Below are positions 12,277-22,715 of a DNA stretch of 64,000 nucleotides, in pieces. Each line of letters opens with the position of its first letter. The first letter of the stretch is position 1. A model generated the notes under the pieces. The model saw nothing but the letters and a program-made list of their open reading frames with translations. It ran no database searches and was not told the origin of the DNA. The stretch comes from Hydrolagus colliei (lineage: Eukaryota): assembly GCA_035084275.1 (NCBI GenBank), contig CM068744.1, positions 73,346,001 to 73,410,000 of the forward strand, given 5' to 3'. A program made the translations under genes and the position numbers.

Positions 12277-12578
12277 TGTGGAGTCCTTGTAGCTCAGTGG
12301 TTAGAGCACTTGCCTTGCAAGCGAGAGTACTGGGTTTGATTCCAGGCAGGGTGAAACCTTGGGCAAGTTTCCGCAGTCCAAATGCCTAATAATAATCCCT
12401 TGAGAAAAGAATAAATTGGTAATTTCAATCCACAACTGTTTGTGGGATACTGCTGCGTGCAATTGGCTGCCGCATTTCGCCCAAAAAATATAGTCAATTC
12501 ACTTTACAGAATATTCTGTGAAGCGCTTTGAGATGTCTAGAAGACATGAAAAGTGCTAAATCAAATGCAAGGATTATG
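12277..12578 (+). mobile_element. tRNA-derived SINE, full length (head resembles tRNA-Ala TGC)
   Basis: GTAGCTCAGTGGTTAGAGCACTTGCCTTGCAAGCGAGAG...GGTTTGATTCC (Pol III A/B boxes). Body tgtttgtggga...aattggctgccgc. Tail gaagcgctttgaga...aatgcaaggatta. Confidence 0.9.
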
Positions 12579-12896
12579 TTTCCCTCTCTCTTTTAAAATC
12601 TCCCTCTCTCATTCTATTTCTTCCATTTCCTGCCTTTCATGTACAGTAGTCACATTTTTCAGTATTGCACAATTTGTACCAGCAGTTGAGTGCTGACTGA
12701 AAACTGCAATAATTTGCCTTGAGACATATAGCTTGGACTAGGGAGAGTGAACTAAGTTTCCACGAAATACACAGGGTTCACTTGTTGACCAATTCAAATA
12801 TAGACAGAAATTATAAGCAGAACATTCTTTATCATTTTACTATTTTAGTATCAGATATTCTTCCCATTCGGCTCCTGTTAATCCCACAAGCCAAAG

Positions 12897-13184
12897 CAGT
12901 GATTCCCAACCTTTTTTTGCTGCGACCCTAAATTGGCCACCAATTGATCCTCCTGACCCTTAGGGGGCGACTGCGCAACTGAAGCAAAACTCAGCCAAGA
13001 TGATATCTCCGTCTCTTTTGTGGACTCAGCGCAACTCACTAGTACGATCTTTCATACAAATTGGTCGGCGGTATCACCTCGGGCACTTTTCAGCATTGAA
13101 AAAGAAAAAAAGAATTGTCTGATGACCCTTCGATACCCTACTGAGAACCCTGAATGGGTCGGAACCCAGGGTTGGGAACCACTG
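12897..13184. mobile_element. Old hAT (Charlie-like) MITE
   Basis: Termini CAGTGATTCCCAACC and GGTTGGGAACCACTG are near-perfect inverted repeats. Candidate TSD is degenerate (AGCCAAAG vs CACTAAAG). Confidence 0.65.
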
Positions 13185-13269
13185 CACTAAAGGGTAGGAT
13201 GATCCTCACTGGACGAGCAGCAGGACACTTGCCAATACAGGTTAAAATCCAGCTGTACCACAGTGTGCA

Positions 13270-13495
13270 GTCTGGGCTCCCCAAATCTTGGCTCTTGCCA
13301 ACCTATGCTTAATACTCTCAGGAATTAGGTGAGCATAGTGGGTCCCTCTGGGGGGAGAGAGTGCACATACCATTCCAATACACAGGAATTTCCATGCATA
13401 GCTGACATACATCTGTGAAATTTTCAATCTGGTTTGAATATTCTTAAACACAGTGATGAGTTTCCTCTTGTGTCAGACGCCCGGGTCGACCAACA
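13270..13495 (+). repeat. Unclassified dispersed repeat
   Basis: ggaattagg...gagagagtgc..cattccaatacacaggaattt...gtgatg-gtttcc...gtgtcaga is shared with 35580-35775 (+) and partly with 11660-11712 (-). Confidence 0.7.
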
Positions 13496-13800
13496 AAGTA
13501 CACCCACATATGTGCACATTCCTTTCTTCCGTTGACCTCTTGGGGGGCCTTTCATAAGTATTCGTGATGCACTCTGCGACCTCTGTTGTTTTCTGACCTC
13601 CCAGCTGAAGTAGAGCCCTCCAGTGGAGAGGTGAAGGGGAGACGCTAAAGTGGGAGAAAACTAACAGGAAAAAAAACTGTAAATGCGCAGTCAGTGCTAC
13701 TGCTCTTAATTCCTCACATTGTATCAGGAGAAGCAGAAAAAGTGAGTCAGGTAGTCAGTACAAATGTTAACACCTCTGGTTTTGCTTTTGCCTCCCACAG

Positions 13801-13921
13801 TGTACAACGTGGACTGCAGCACTGTGGAGTGCCCACCTGTACAGCAAGTGGTCTGCCCGCCCGACAGCTTCGAAACGCGGACCCGGTTGACTGCCGACGG
13901 CTGCTGTACTCTCCCGACTCG
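13801..13921 (+). CDS. CRIM1: CRIM1 coding exon (exon 4 equivalent), 121 nt, phase 1-2
   Basis: cctcccacAG|TGTACAAC...CCGACTCG|GTgagt. Translates (V)YNVDCSTVECPPVQQVVCPPDSFETRTRLTADGCCTLPT(R). Not in the ORF track in this frame. Confidence 0.96.
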
Positions 13922-14889
13922 GTGAGTCTTGTTGCCAAAATTGCTCGGGAAGCCCAGCATTACAGCAAGCTTTCCGTTTTTCTTTGTATCGTGTAGGCTA
14001 CTCTAGGAGAATTGTTAGAAGAAAAAAAATCAGCTCTCTGCTCCCTCGCACATGTCTCAAGTGATTAAATGCAGGAGTTGATGTGAAAGGTGATAGCACA
14101 GAACAGCGCTCCCTCAATAACATGGATTATAATGGCACTGGTATGGAATTAGAATCATTATGTTGTGCTGACTCTCTAAAAGAACCCTATTTTTCTATCT
14201 TTTCCTCCATATCTGTTGTATTTCTTACTCTCAGATATTTGTCTTATTTCCCTCTTCAAGCTATTATAGTCCAGGCTTGATGTCCATTCTGGCCTGAGTT
14301 TAGTATTACTAATGATTCTAATCCTTGCATTTGATATAGCGCTTCACAGGATTTGCTGTGAAGTACAGTGACTGGTTTATAGCGACCAACATAGCACTCA
14401 CAGCGTCAGCCATGAAGTGGAATGATCAATTAATGGCTGATCTCAACGAAAGATCTGACTGAGAATTAGGCTCAGAAGCTTTGGGTTAGTGAAGGGAAAG
14501 ATTTGCCAGTCAAGAATAGACACCTGAGCGACGTACCAGAGGATCATCCATTCCAATGAAAGCAGTGCGCTAAAAGTCTCTGAGGCGCGTGGAGGAAGGA
14601 AACTTGGCCAAGCTTTGGCCGGGAATGGAACCCCGGGTCTGTGGCTTGCCAGGCAAGGGCTGTAACCCCTGTCCTCAGCTCGGTTCTCAAGCAGTAACTG
14701 TCCAGCGCCTTGGGACATCCTCCTGATATGAAAGGCACTATACGAATGTAATTTTTTTGTTGTTGGGTTCTGATGAATGGGGAGTAGGGGGAGACAAAAG
14801 ATCAAGTATTGAAAAAGAAAATGCAAATTAAATTGAGCGACGTCAGCATTTTGTTAAACAAGAAATTGAAGAAAGTGGCATTACGACTC

Positions 14890-15425
14890 CAAAACAACAA
14901 CAAAATTACATTTGTAGAGGGCCTTTCATGTCGGGAGGACAGTCAGGGGTCAGGACCTGAGCATAAAGGGTGGGGGTTGCTGGGTTGGGGTGAGGGAGAG
15001 GTAGGAGGGGGGGTTGAAGGTACCGTAGAAAGGAGGGTCCTGAGACCGTTCTTGAAGGAGGCAAGGAAGGGAGCGAGGCAAAGGGACTGGGATGGAGTTC
15101 CAAAATGTGGCAGCAGAGAGGCTGCAACCCCAGGTGCCAATGGTAGGGTGGGTCAGGCGGGCGATATGGCGCAGGGCGGAGCCTGCGGAACGGAGAAAGC
15201 GGACAGATTGATAAGGGATCAGCAGGTGAGAGTTGTGGGGGGTGGGGGCAACAGTGGAGGGCCTTGATAGTGAGGACAAGGATCTTGAATTCAATCCTCT
15301 GAGGGTTGGGGAGCCAGTGGAGCTGAGTGAGGATGGGAGTGATGGGTCCACGAAGTCTGGTGCAGGAGAGGACACGAGCTGCAGAGATTTGGATCATCTG
15401 CAACTTGTGGAAGGAAGAGTTGGGG
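14890..15425 (-). mobile_element. L2 LINE 3' fragment
   Basis: Minus ORF AARVLSCTRLRGPITPILTQLHWLPNPQRIEFKILVL. (CAA)n tail. Confidence 0.88.
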
Positions 15426-16229
15426 ATCTTGGGACAGGAGGCCCCAGTGGTGTGGGAACATCTCCAGTGTGTTACCGAGTCTCATTCACCCTGTGTGTCA
15501 AAGTCCAGCTCATTGGCACGCACACAACGGAAAGATGCATACCAAGCAAGGAATTTTCTTAAGTTCAAGCCTACCCCTGTTTAAAAGCAATACAATGCAC
15601 AGCAAAGTCAGGTAGGTCGATGTGACTCTGAATTGCCTTTTTGAAAAATAACTTGTTTAAATAGTGAAGTAATGTCCAATGGGTCACCTCCTCTAACCAA
15701 GTAAATTTACAACTTAGAAAGACAAGAGACCATTCGACGCATCATGCCAGTGCCGGCTCTCAGAGAGAATATGCTGTTTCATTCCTGCCTTTTCCTCCAT
15801 ACATTTTTATTTTTCTCCCTATCAGATATCCCTGCTACCTCTTCCGATTCTGCCTAAACTACATTTCAGATAGGATAATCCACACCCCCAACAACCCTCT
15901 CTGTATATAAAAAAATCTCTAAACCTCTACTTTTGTTCTTTTGTTCTTTTGATGATCACTTTAAATCTAAGCCCTCTCTCTGTATAGTTACTGACTTGAG
16001 CAGCAGAAATAATTTACCCTTGTTTATTTTGCCGAAATTTGGTGTGAGGGAAAACAACCCGTTTCTCACAATCACCCCCCAAAACAGTCATTACACTTTC
16101 GGTTGAAGCATTTTAAAATGTCTTCCCGACATGAAAGGTGCTATACCAAATGCAAGGATTATCATACTATATTTGGTTCTTCCAACCTTTTCCACTCAAA
16201 GTGCCATCAGTTTGCGCTACTGGTGTTAG

Positions 16230-16538
16230 AATAATAATAATAATCCTTCCATTTGATATAGCACTTTTCACGTCTTGTAGACGTCTCAAAGCACTTCACA
16301 GAATTGACTGTATATTTTATGGGCGAAACGCAGCAGCCAATTACACACAGCAGTGTCCCACAAACAGTTTTAGATTGAAATGACAAATTTTTACTATTGT
16401 GTTTTTTTGGAGGGATTATTATTAGGTGTGTGTGTGGAGTAAGGAAACTTGCCCAAGATTTTGCCCTGACCTGCCCAGATTCGAACACAGGTCTCACTTG
16501 TAAGGTGAGAGGAACCACTGAGCTATAGGAGCTCCACT
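16230..16538 (-). mobile_element. tRNA-derived SINE whose head lies about 40 nt upstream of exon 5
   Basis: Full reverse-complement copy of the family. Confidence 0.88.
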
Positions 16539-16578
16539 GCTAAAAGCCTCACCTTATTATTTCTTGTTTGGATTCCAG

Positions 16579-16700
16579 GTGTGAGTGTTTGCTCGGGATC
16601 TGCCGGGTCCCTAAATGTGACGCTGGGGCTGTTCCCCGCATAATTTCTCCTGGAGACGGCAGCCCTGGACGATGCTGTGACGTGTTTCAGTGCATCAACG
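16579..16700 (+). CDS. CRIM1: CRIM1 coding exon (exon 5 equivalent), 122 nt, phase 2-1
   Basis: gattccAG|GTGTGAG...ATCAACG|GTaagt. Translates CECLLGICRVPKCDAGAVPRIISPGDGSPGRCCDVFQCIN. Confidence 0.96.
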
Positions 16701-17341
16701 GTAAGTGCGTACACCTCTGTGAAAGATTTTCAAGCTGTTGTTGCAGAAAATATAATTGCAGAGAATAATTCAGTCCAAGTGACCCAACCTGTCTTCTGTG
16801 GGGGGGTGGATTCAGAGGGCAGATGAGATTCTAGGGAGGCTACTGTCAAGCCTTCCTATGATGATATTTCACACTAATTAAAGTGAGGTTGAAATAGCCA
16901 TACTCAAACATTTGGAGAAAGCCCTATCGTGTTTTTTTTTGTATGTAATCACAGGTAATACATCTGAACTGTTCATTTTAAAAGCTTATGCCTGATGTCA
17001 TCCTTTTTGTTCTCTTAATCTCTAAATTGATCGATTGCAGCTGCCGGGAACATTTGAAACAAGTTTGGGGTGTAATAAAACGTGACTCTGTATATATTTT
17101 AGTTATTCTTAGGAGGGATTCAATCTCGTTATTATCTGCCCAATCTGTGCAGCTGAGACAGGAGCTCTGCCCCTAGACCTCCGGCCCCAGGGTTTTTGCC
17201 CTCAGTCTTTAACCCTGAGCATTCCCGTATCACCTCGATATGGTAACTCGGCATTAGAGCACAGCCCATTGGTACCAATCAGTCCCTCTCCCTGTGTGTC
17301 CCCGATATGGCAACTTAGCGTTAGTTGCCATATCGCCATAC

Positions 17342-17643
17342 CGGGAGTCCTGTAACTCATGCCTTACAAGTGGGAGTCCTGGGTTCAATTCCAGACAGGA
17401 GGGTGAAACCTTGGGCACGTTTCCTTTCTCCACACGTCTAGTAATAATCCCTCCCCCCAAATTTTTTTAAAATTGGTCATTTCAATCCATGACTGTTTGT
17501 GGGACACTGCCGTGTGCAATTGGCTGCTGCATTTCACCCACAATCCACTTTACAGTATATTCTGTGAATTGCTTTCAGATGTCTAGAAGACATGAAAAGC
17601 ACGATGTATATATATATATCAAACGCAATAATTATTATTATTA
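17342..17643 (+). mobile_element. tRNA-derived SINE
   Basis: B box GGTTCAATTCC, family body and (TTA)n tail. Confidence 0.85.
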
Positions 17644-18454
17644 GAGCGCAGACCATTGGTGCCAATCATGACACTAGGTGTAGGTGCGTGTATCTGTTGA
17701 ATCAACAATACCAATGTCACATCAGCAATTTACCTTCCTCCGCGCCACCCCCCCCCACCCCCCCCCACCTTCACCGGCATTCAAGAGGGCAAGCATCATA
17801 GATAGTCTGCAGGTCCTCAGTATACAAGCATCATAGTTAGTCTGCAGGTCCTCAGGCCACCATCATCTTCCACAGTTGAGCCATTCACAGGTTTGCACTT
17901 CACTTCATTGCTATCCACCCACTGGCAACTCCAGTACATTGTCTCTCGTAAGTATTTAACCTCTGAGCCGAGCCCATTGTCGCTGAGCTGTGAGTTTGGC
18001 TCGTGAGTTATTTGAGGGCAGAATGGTGCTGATCCAGACGGAAAAATAATTTTGTTTTGCAAAGTATGAAAGATGCCTCCGACCAGAACATTTATTATTG
18101 CTGTGATATTCATAACCTGTCAACATCACAACCGCCTGCATCAGCAGGGTCTAGATAGTTAAATATAGCACAATATTTAGACCTTGATAGCAACTAAATA
18201 TAGAGAATGCTGCATTCCATCTTGTGGGAACTACTTGGCATATTGACAGAAGTGGCTTATAGGATAAACAAGTCCCATTTGACAGGAGCACAATTAAATT
18301 ATAACTTTACGCATTGATATTTAATGCATTTCGGAAGAAAAAATAACAATACACTAACAATGAGTATTTTAAAGTTCCGCTGTCTCATTTTAACTCAAAA
18401 ATAGTAACCAAGGAGCTGGTGCCTGTTGCCGACTTTCACTGTAATTTAGCTTTA

Positions 18455-19045
18455 GTCTGGCACAGTTTTGTAGCACTCGTCTTTTAGGTTAGAAGGTTGT
18501 GGGCTTGAATGCTGGCACTTGGATGCCATGCAAAGGAGCACAGCTGCAGTTCAGATGAGAGGTTAAACCAATATCCTCCACCTGAGAACAGATATTAAAG
18601 ATCCCGACCACAAAACAGCATATTCTGTGAAGCTCTTTGAGACGTCTAGAAGACAACAACAACCTTTCACGTCAGGAAGACATCCCAAGACATCCTAAGC
18701 TACTAATCAAATGCAAGAATTATTATTATTATCTCATAGTACAGGAAAAGAGAAGGGGATTTCTTCCAGTGTCCTAGGTCGAGGGTTGCCAAACTCTGCG
18801 CTTAAGACCCCCATAGCATGCAGCATCCTACCTGAGGATGCAAATCTAGGAACCTAGGTAATGATTTTCCAAATAAATAAATTCACTACTTGTTGTTTCT
18901 GGGACCTTGCAGTGTGCAAGATAGCTGTGCAAAATAGATGCTGTGTTCGGCTGCAAATAAAAGGCACTATTCTTCATAGTAATTGCCTGTGAAGGGCTAC
19001 AAGATGTTTGGATGTGATAAGGCGCTATAAAAATGCAAATGATTT
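18455..19045 (+). mobile_element. Old Deu-domain SINE (SacSINE1/AmnSINE1-like), fragmented
   Basis: ttcagatgagaggttaaacc...ttaaagatccc...gtgtcctag...gggaccttgcagtgtgcaa...aggcgctataaaaatgcaa matches the Deu domain and tail as I recall them. Related minus copies at about 45433-45715 and 47140-47310. Confidence 0.6.
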
Positions 19046-19577
19046 TTTTTCTTTCCATTTTCTGCCCTTGCCTGCCCCCAAAATGCATGATGATTGTCGG
19101 AATAGAACCAGAGAAATTCCCATTTCAGGTAGCCTTTGTGGAAATGTTTTGACATTCGTACTGATACTGACAAGCTTGTTATCAGCAATCAAATCGTTTC
19201 CAAGTATATTCAAGCAGAACTTGAACAAGCTGGTTGTGTGGGAGGCCAGAGGATTAAATTGCGCCTTGTCAGTAAGTTTTATATAGGGAGAGGGGTGAAC
19301 ATTAAAACAACACTGAATGAGACACCAGATGTACAGAGTCCTTAACCTCTGGGTCTTGGGTTCAAGCCATTGCTGGCTGAAGGTCTGTTCCCCTTCACTC
19401 TCTACCATCTAATGTGGCATCTGATGATTCAGAATTGATCTCTGATCTGTGTGACGTAATGGTGGGAATCTCAGTGACCCTGGGTTAGTGAGGAAAGGCA
19501 ACCATCGTTTCTGCTCCTAATCACTCTCCCTGCTGCAAAAAGCAGTCGGGATTTCATGCTTCCATCTATTGACCAGT

Positions 19578-20365
19578 CAACAACAACAAAATCATGTTTG
19601 TATAGCACCTTTCACATCAGAAGGACCGTCCACTGGACAGTCGGTATTTTGGGCCCCGGCTGGAGGTTGTGAATGGGAAGGGTGGAGGGCAGTGGGGGAT
19701 GGAGCGTGACAGAAGGCGTAGTCAAAGAAGAGGGTCTTGAGACAGGTCTTGAAGGAGGCACAAGAGGGGGCAAGGAGTAGGGACTGGGATGAGCTCCAGA
19801 GGGTGGGGCCAGAGTGGCTGAAGGCCCACCTGCCAATGGTGGGGCAGGCGAGGTGGGAGAAGTGAATCAGGCAGGAGCCCACTGTGCAGAGGGAGCAGGC
19901 AGATTGGTAGGGAGTTAGAAGGTCACAGAGGTAGGTGGGTGCAAGACCACGGAGGCTTTGAAGGTGAGAACCAGGATCTTTTTCAGATACCAACCCCTGA
20001 CTGTTCAGCATCTTGGGAAGTTCTCCCAATGTGAAAGGCGCTCTATAAATGTAATTTTGTTGTTGAATAGTATCCACTGTGTGATAGGAAGCCAATAGAG
20101 TCAGGGGGGGATGGGGATGATAGGGAGAGGACATGAGAGTCTCTGCAGCCTGTAATGTAAGATAATGGCGGAGCCGAGTGATGTTGCTGAGGTAGGGGAA
20201 GGCAGAGCAGGAAATACCACAGATATGGGGTAGAAAGGATAGTTGAGATTCAAATAAGAAGCCAAGTTTCCAGACTGGCTCAGTGAGGTGGTCAGCATCC
20301 ATGGATGCTGATGCTGTCAGCGCCTGAGGTGTGGAGGTACTGACTGGACCCAATCGCAGAAGTGC
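19578..20365 (-). mobile_element. Rearranged L2 LINE 3' fragment containing a short opposite-strand L2 tail (about 19995-20066)
   Basis: Minus ORF with LSFLPHI, LRGLAPTYL, PTLWSS. Internal + strand tail tgtgaaaggcgctctataaatgtaattttgttgttg. Confidence 0.8.
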
Positions 20366-20399
20366 CACTTGACTAAAGACTGGTGGAGGGGAGGTTGGA

Positions 20400-20600
20400 T
20401 TAATAATAATAATCCTTCCCTTTATATATAGTATCTGATATCCCACCTTCGAGACCTCTCAAAGCGCTTCACTGAATATACCGTAAAGTGAATTGACTGT
20501 ATACTTTGTTGGCAAAAAGCCACAGCCAATTTCACACGGCAGTGTCCCGCAACATTCGTGGATTGAAATGACCAAATTTTTTGCTGGGAAGGAATCATAG
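20400..20600 (-). mobile_element. tRNA-derived SINE, 3' half
   Basis: (TAA)n tail and body. Similar partial copies at about 3003-3090, 14303-14420, 26893-27075 (minus) and 37565-37690, 38875-39010, 39765-39850, 46803-46890, 57285-57440 (plus). Confidence 0.8.
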
Positions 20601-20605
20601 TATTT

Positions 20606-20855
20606 ATGAGCCTTCGGTCATTCTCCCCCACCTCTGGAACTCCATCCCGAAGTCCCTCCGCCTTGCTCGCCCCCTCCCTGGCCTCCTTCAAGCCTTGCCT
20701 CCAAGACTTTCCTCTTTGATGTACCCATCAGCAACTCCTCCCCTCCACCCAACCGTCCTCAGCTCGGGTCTGAAGCAGTAACTGTCCAGCGCTTTGAGAC
20801 ATCCTCCTAACGTGAAAGGCACTATACAAATGTAATTTTGTTGTTATTGTTGTTG
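20606..20855 (+). mobile_element. L2 3' fragment
   Basis: ctctggaactccatcccgaagtccctcc...gtgaaaggcactatacaaatgtaattttgttg, shared with 31715-32044 and 36343-36675. Confidence 0.8.
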
Positions 20856-22524
20856 TATCCGACAATATTTAATATCTAATAGTGGTGGGGTAACATAGTT
20901 GGATGCCATGCAAAGATGATCAATTCATTCCCGGGTTAATGCTCACTCAGTCTTATTCCAGATACAAAGTCATGCATTGCAGGAAGGAGCGTGCGGAGGG
21001 ATCACACATTTTGAGAGATTATCTGATCTGAAAGTATTTCCTACCATTGACCTTTTCGTGGTCAGAGCTTGTCCAAGAGAAAAACACCTGTCTGTTGCCA
21101 TTAGCTGAAGTAACCAACATTCCCCCCCACCCCCACATGCACACACTCATACACACCTACGTATAAATAGATACAAACATAAACACATACCTACGCACAC
21201 ATATACTCTTACATAGGCGCGCAAGCACTTACAAGCACAAACATACACAAAAACACCGTATTGAACAAAGAACCTTAGGGAGAAGTAAAACAAGCTTTAT
21301 TATTTTACACTTGTCAACGACAGGCTCCTTTTTAAAATGCAGCACTTCTGATACAGTAAGCAAATGCCAGAAATTTTGAAAGGAAGCTAACATGAACTTT
21401 GAGCGTGACTAATTTGTTGGTTTGGTTTGAAGCCAGTCAAGTACATTGGTCTCATGTTTGTAGTGGAATGTGTTTAATCCACACATAACATTTTTTGTCA
21501 GGATAACTCGTTGCTTTGAAAAGATCCTCTTAGCACCATTGCACAAACCCCAAACCTCAGTGCACGCAGACACAGTTAGACACAGTGTAGAAACACGCAT
21601 GGAAAGCATAGTGCACCAGTGTCTGAGCAAGGAATTACTTGTCCAAAGCATCATTGCCCATTCTCATCTGGATATAGAATAGTGACTTCACAGACATTTG
21701 TTTCATTTTGTACTCATTATATTGGATAAATATGACCTTTTAAAATGTCAACAGGAAAAACTTTCACTCCCCTTCTGTTTTCCATTCTTAGCGTGGTAAA
21801 GGATGGGAGTACAGTACTGGCTCGCCCCATGGAACGAAGAAGTTTAATTTCCAGTACTTAGTGTCAGCATCAAGCGCTCCAGGGTAGGCGCAACAGAATG
21901 TCACTCTGCTGATGTTTTTCTTGTTGCTATTTGAGACAGAGAGAGAGGAGTCAGAGAGAGAGACAGCAATGGCAGTTTAGTAACACCAATTTGTTCTGAA
22001 TTAGGGTCTATTTTATGCTTTGGACAGTGCCCACTGGGAACTAGATCCAAATTGCCTGAGTTGATTTCGAATGTGACATTCAGAGCTAAAATAAGAAAGA
22101 ACTTGCATTTTTTAGAGGGTTTTATCACATTGAAATGCCTCAGAGTGCTTCGCAGTAATTGCTCTCAAATGCCATGACTTTTTGTAGGCAATTCAGGCAG
22201 CCGTTTTCCATACCTAAAGGTCCTGCAAACATCCGTGAGGTGAATGACCAATTTATTTACAGGATTGTTGGCCGGGTCACCAAATCTGTATTCTAAAGCA
22301 TATAAAAGTGAAAATTACCCTTCTATGGCACATTGATCAAAGCAGCTTGTGTCTAAACCTATAAGAACACCCACAAACAGGCTGATACAGAATATTTTTT
22401 TGTGTGTTGTATAAACTTCTGGCTCAATGTTGATTCATTTGCCCTTCTCTTCACAGTAGTATCATTAGCATGAACAGAAAGACTCCCTTTATTTTACTTC
22501 CATGACGAGCTATTTACCTTCTAT

Positions 22525-22715
22525 TTGTGTGTGTCTGTTTGATACGCATCTTATATGTTTGATACGCATGTATGTGCATGATACGCGTGTATGTGGGTGA
22601 TGTACGTGTCTCTGTGTGGTGTGGATGTATGTGTGTGTATGTATGTTGTGAAGTGTATGTGTGTAGTGTTAAGTTTGTATGTGGGTAAGCATGTGTATGT
22701 ATGTGAGAGCATGCA
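22525..22715. repeat. Degenerate (TG)n/(TATG)n tract
   Basis: Alternating purine-pyrimidine low complexity. A degenerate (CA)n tract also lies at about 21130-21250. Confidence 0.75.

Noticed and set aside
12285-12355. tRNA-Ala-like gene
   Set aside because: It is the head of a multi-copy SINE; no proper acceptor stem, and it continues into the SINE body.
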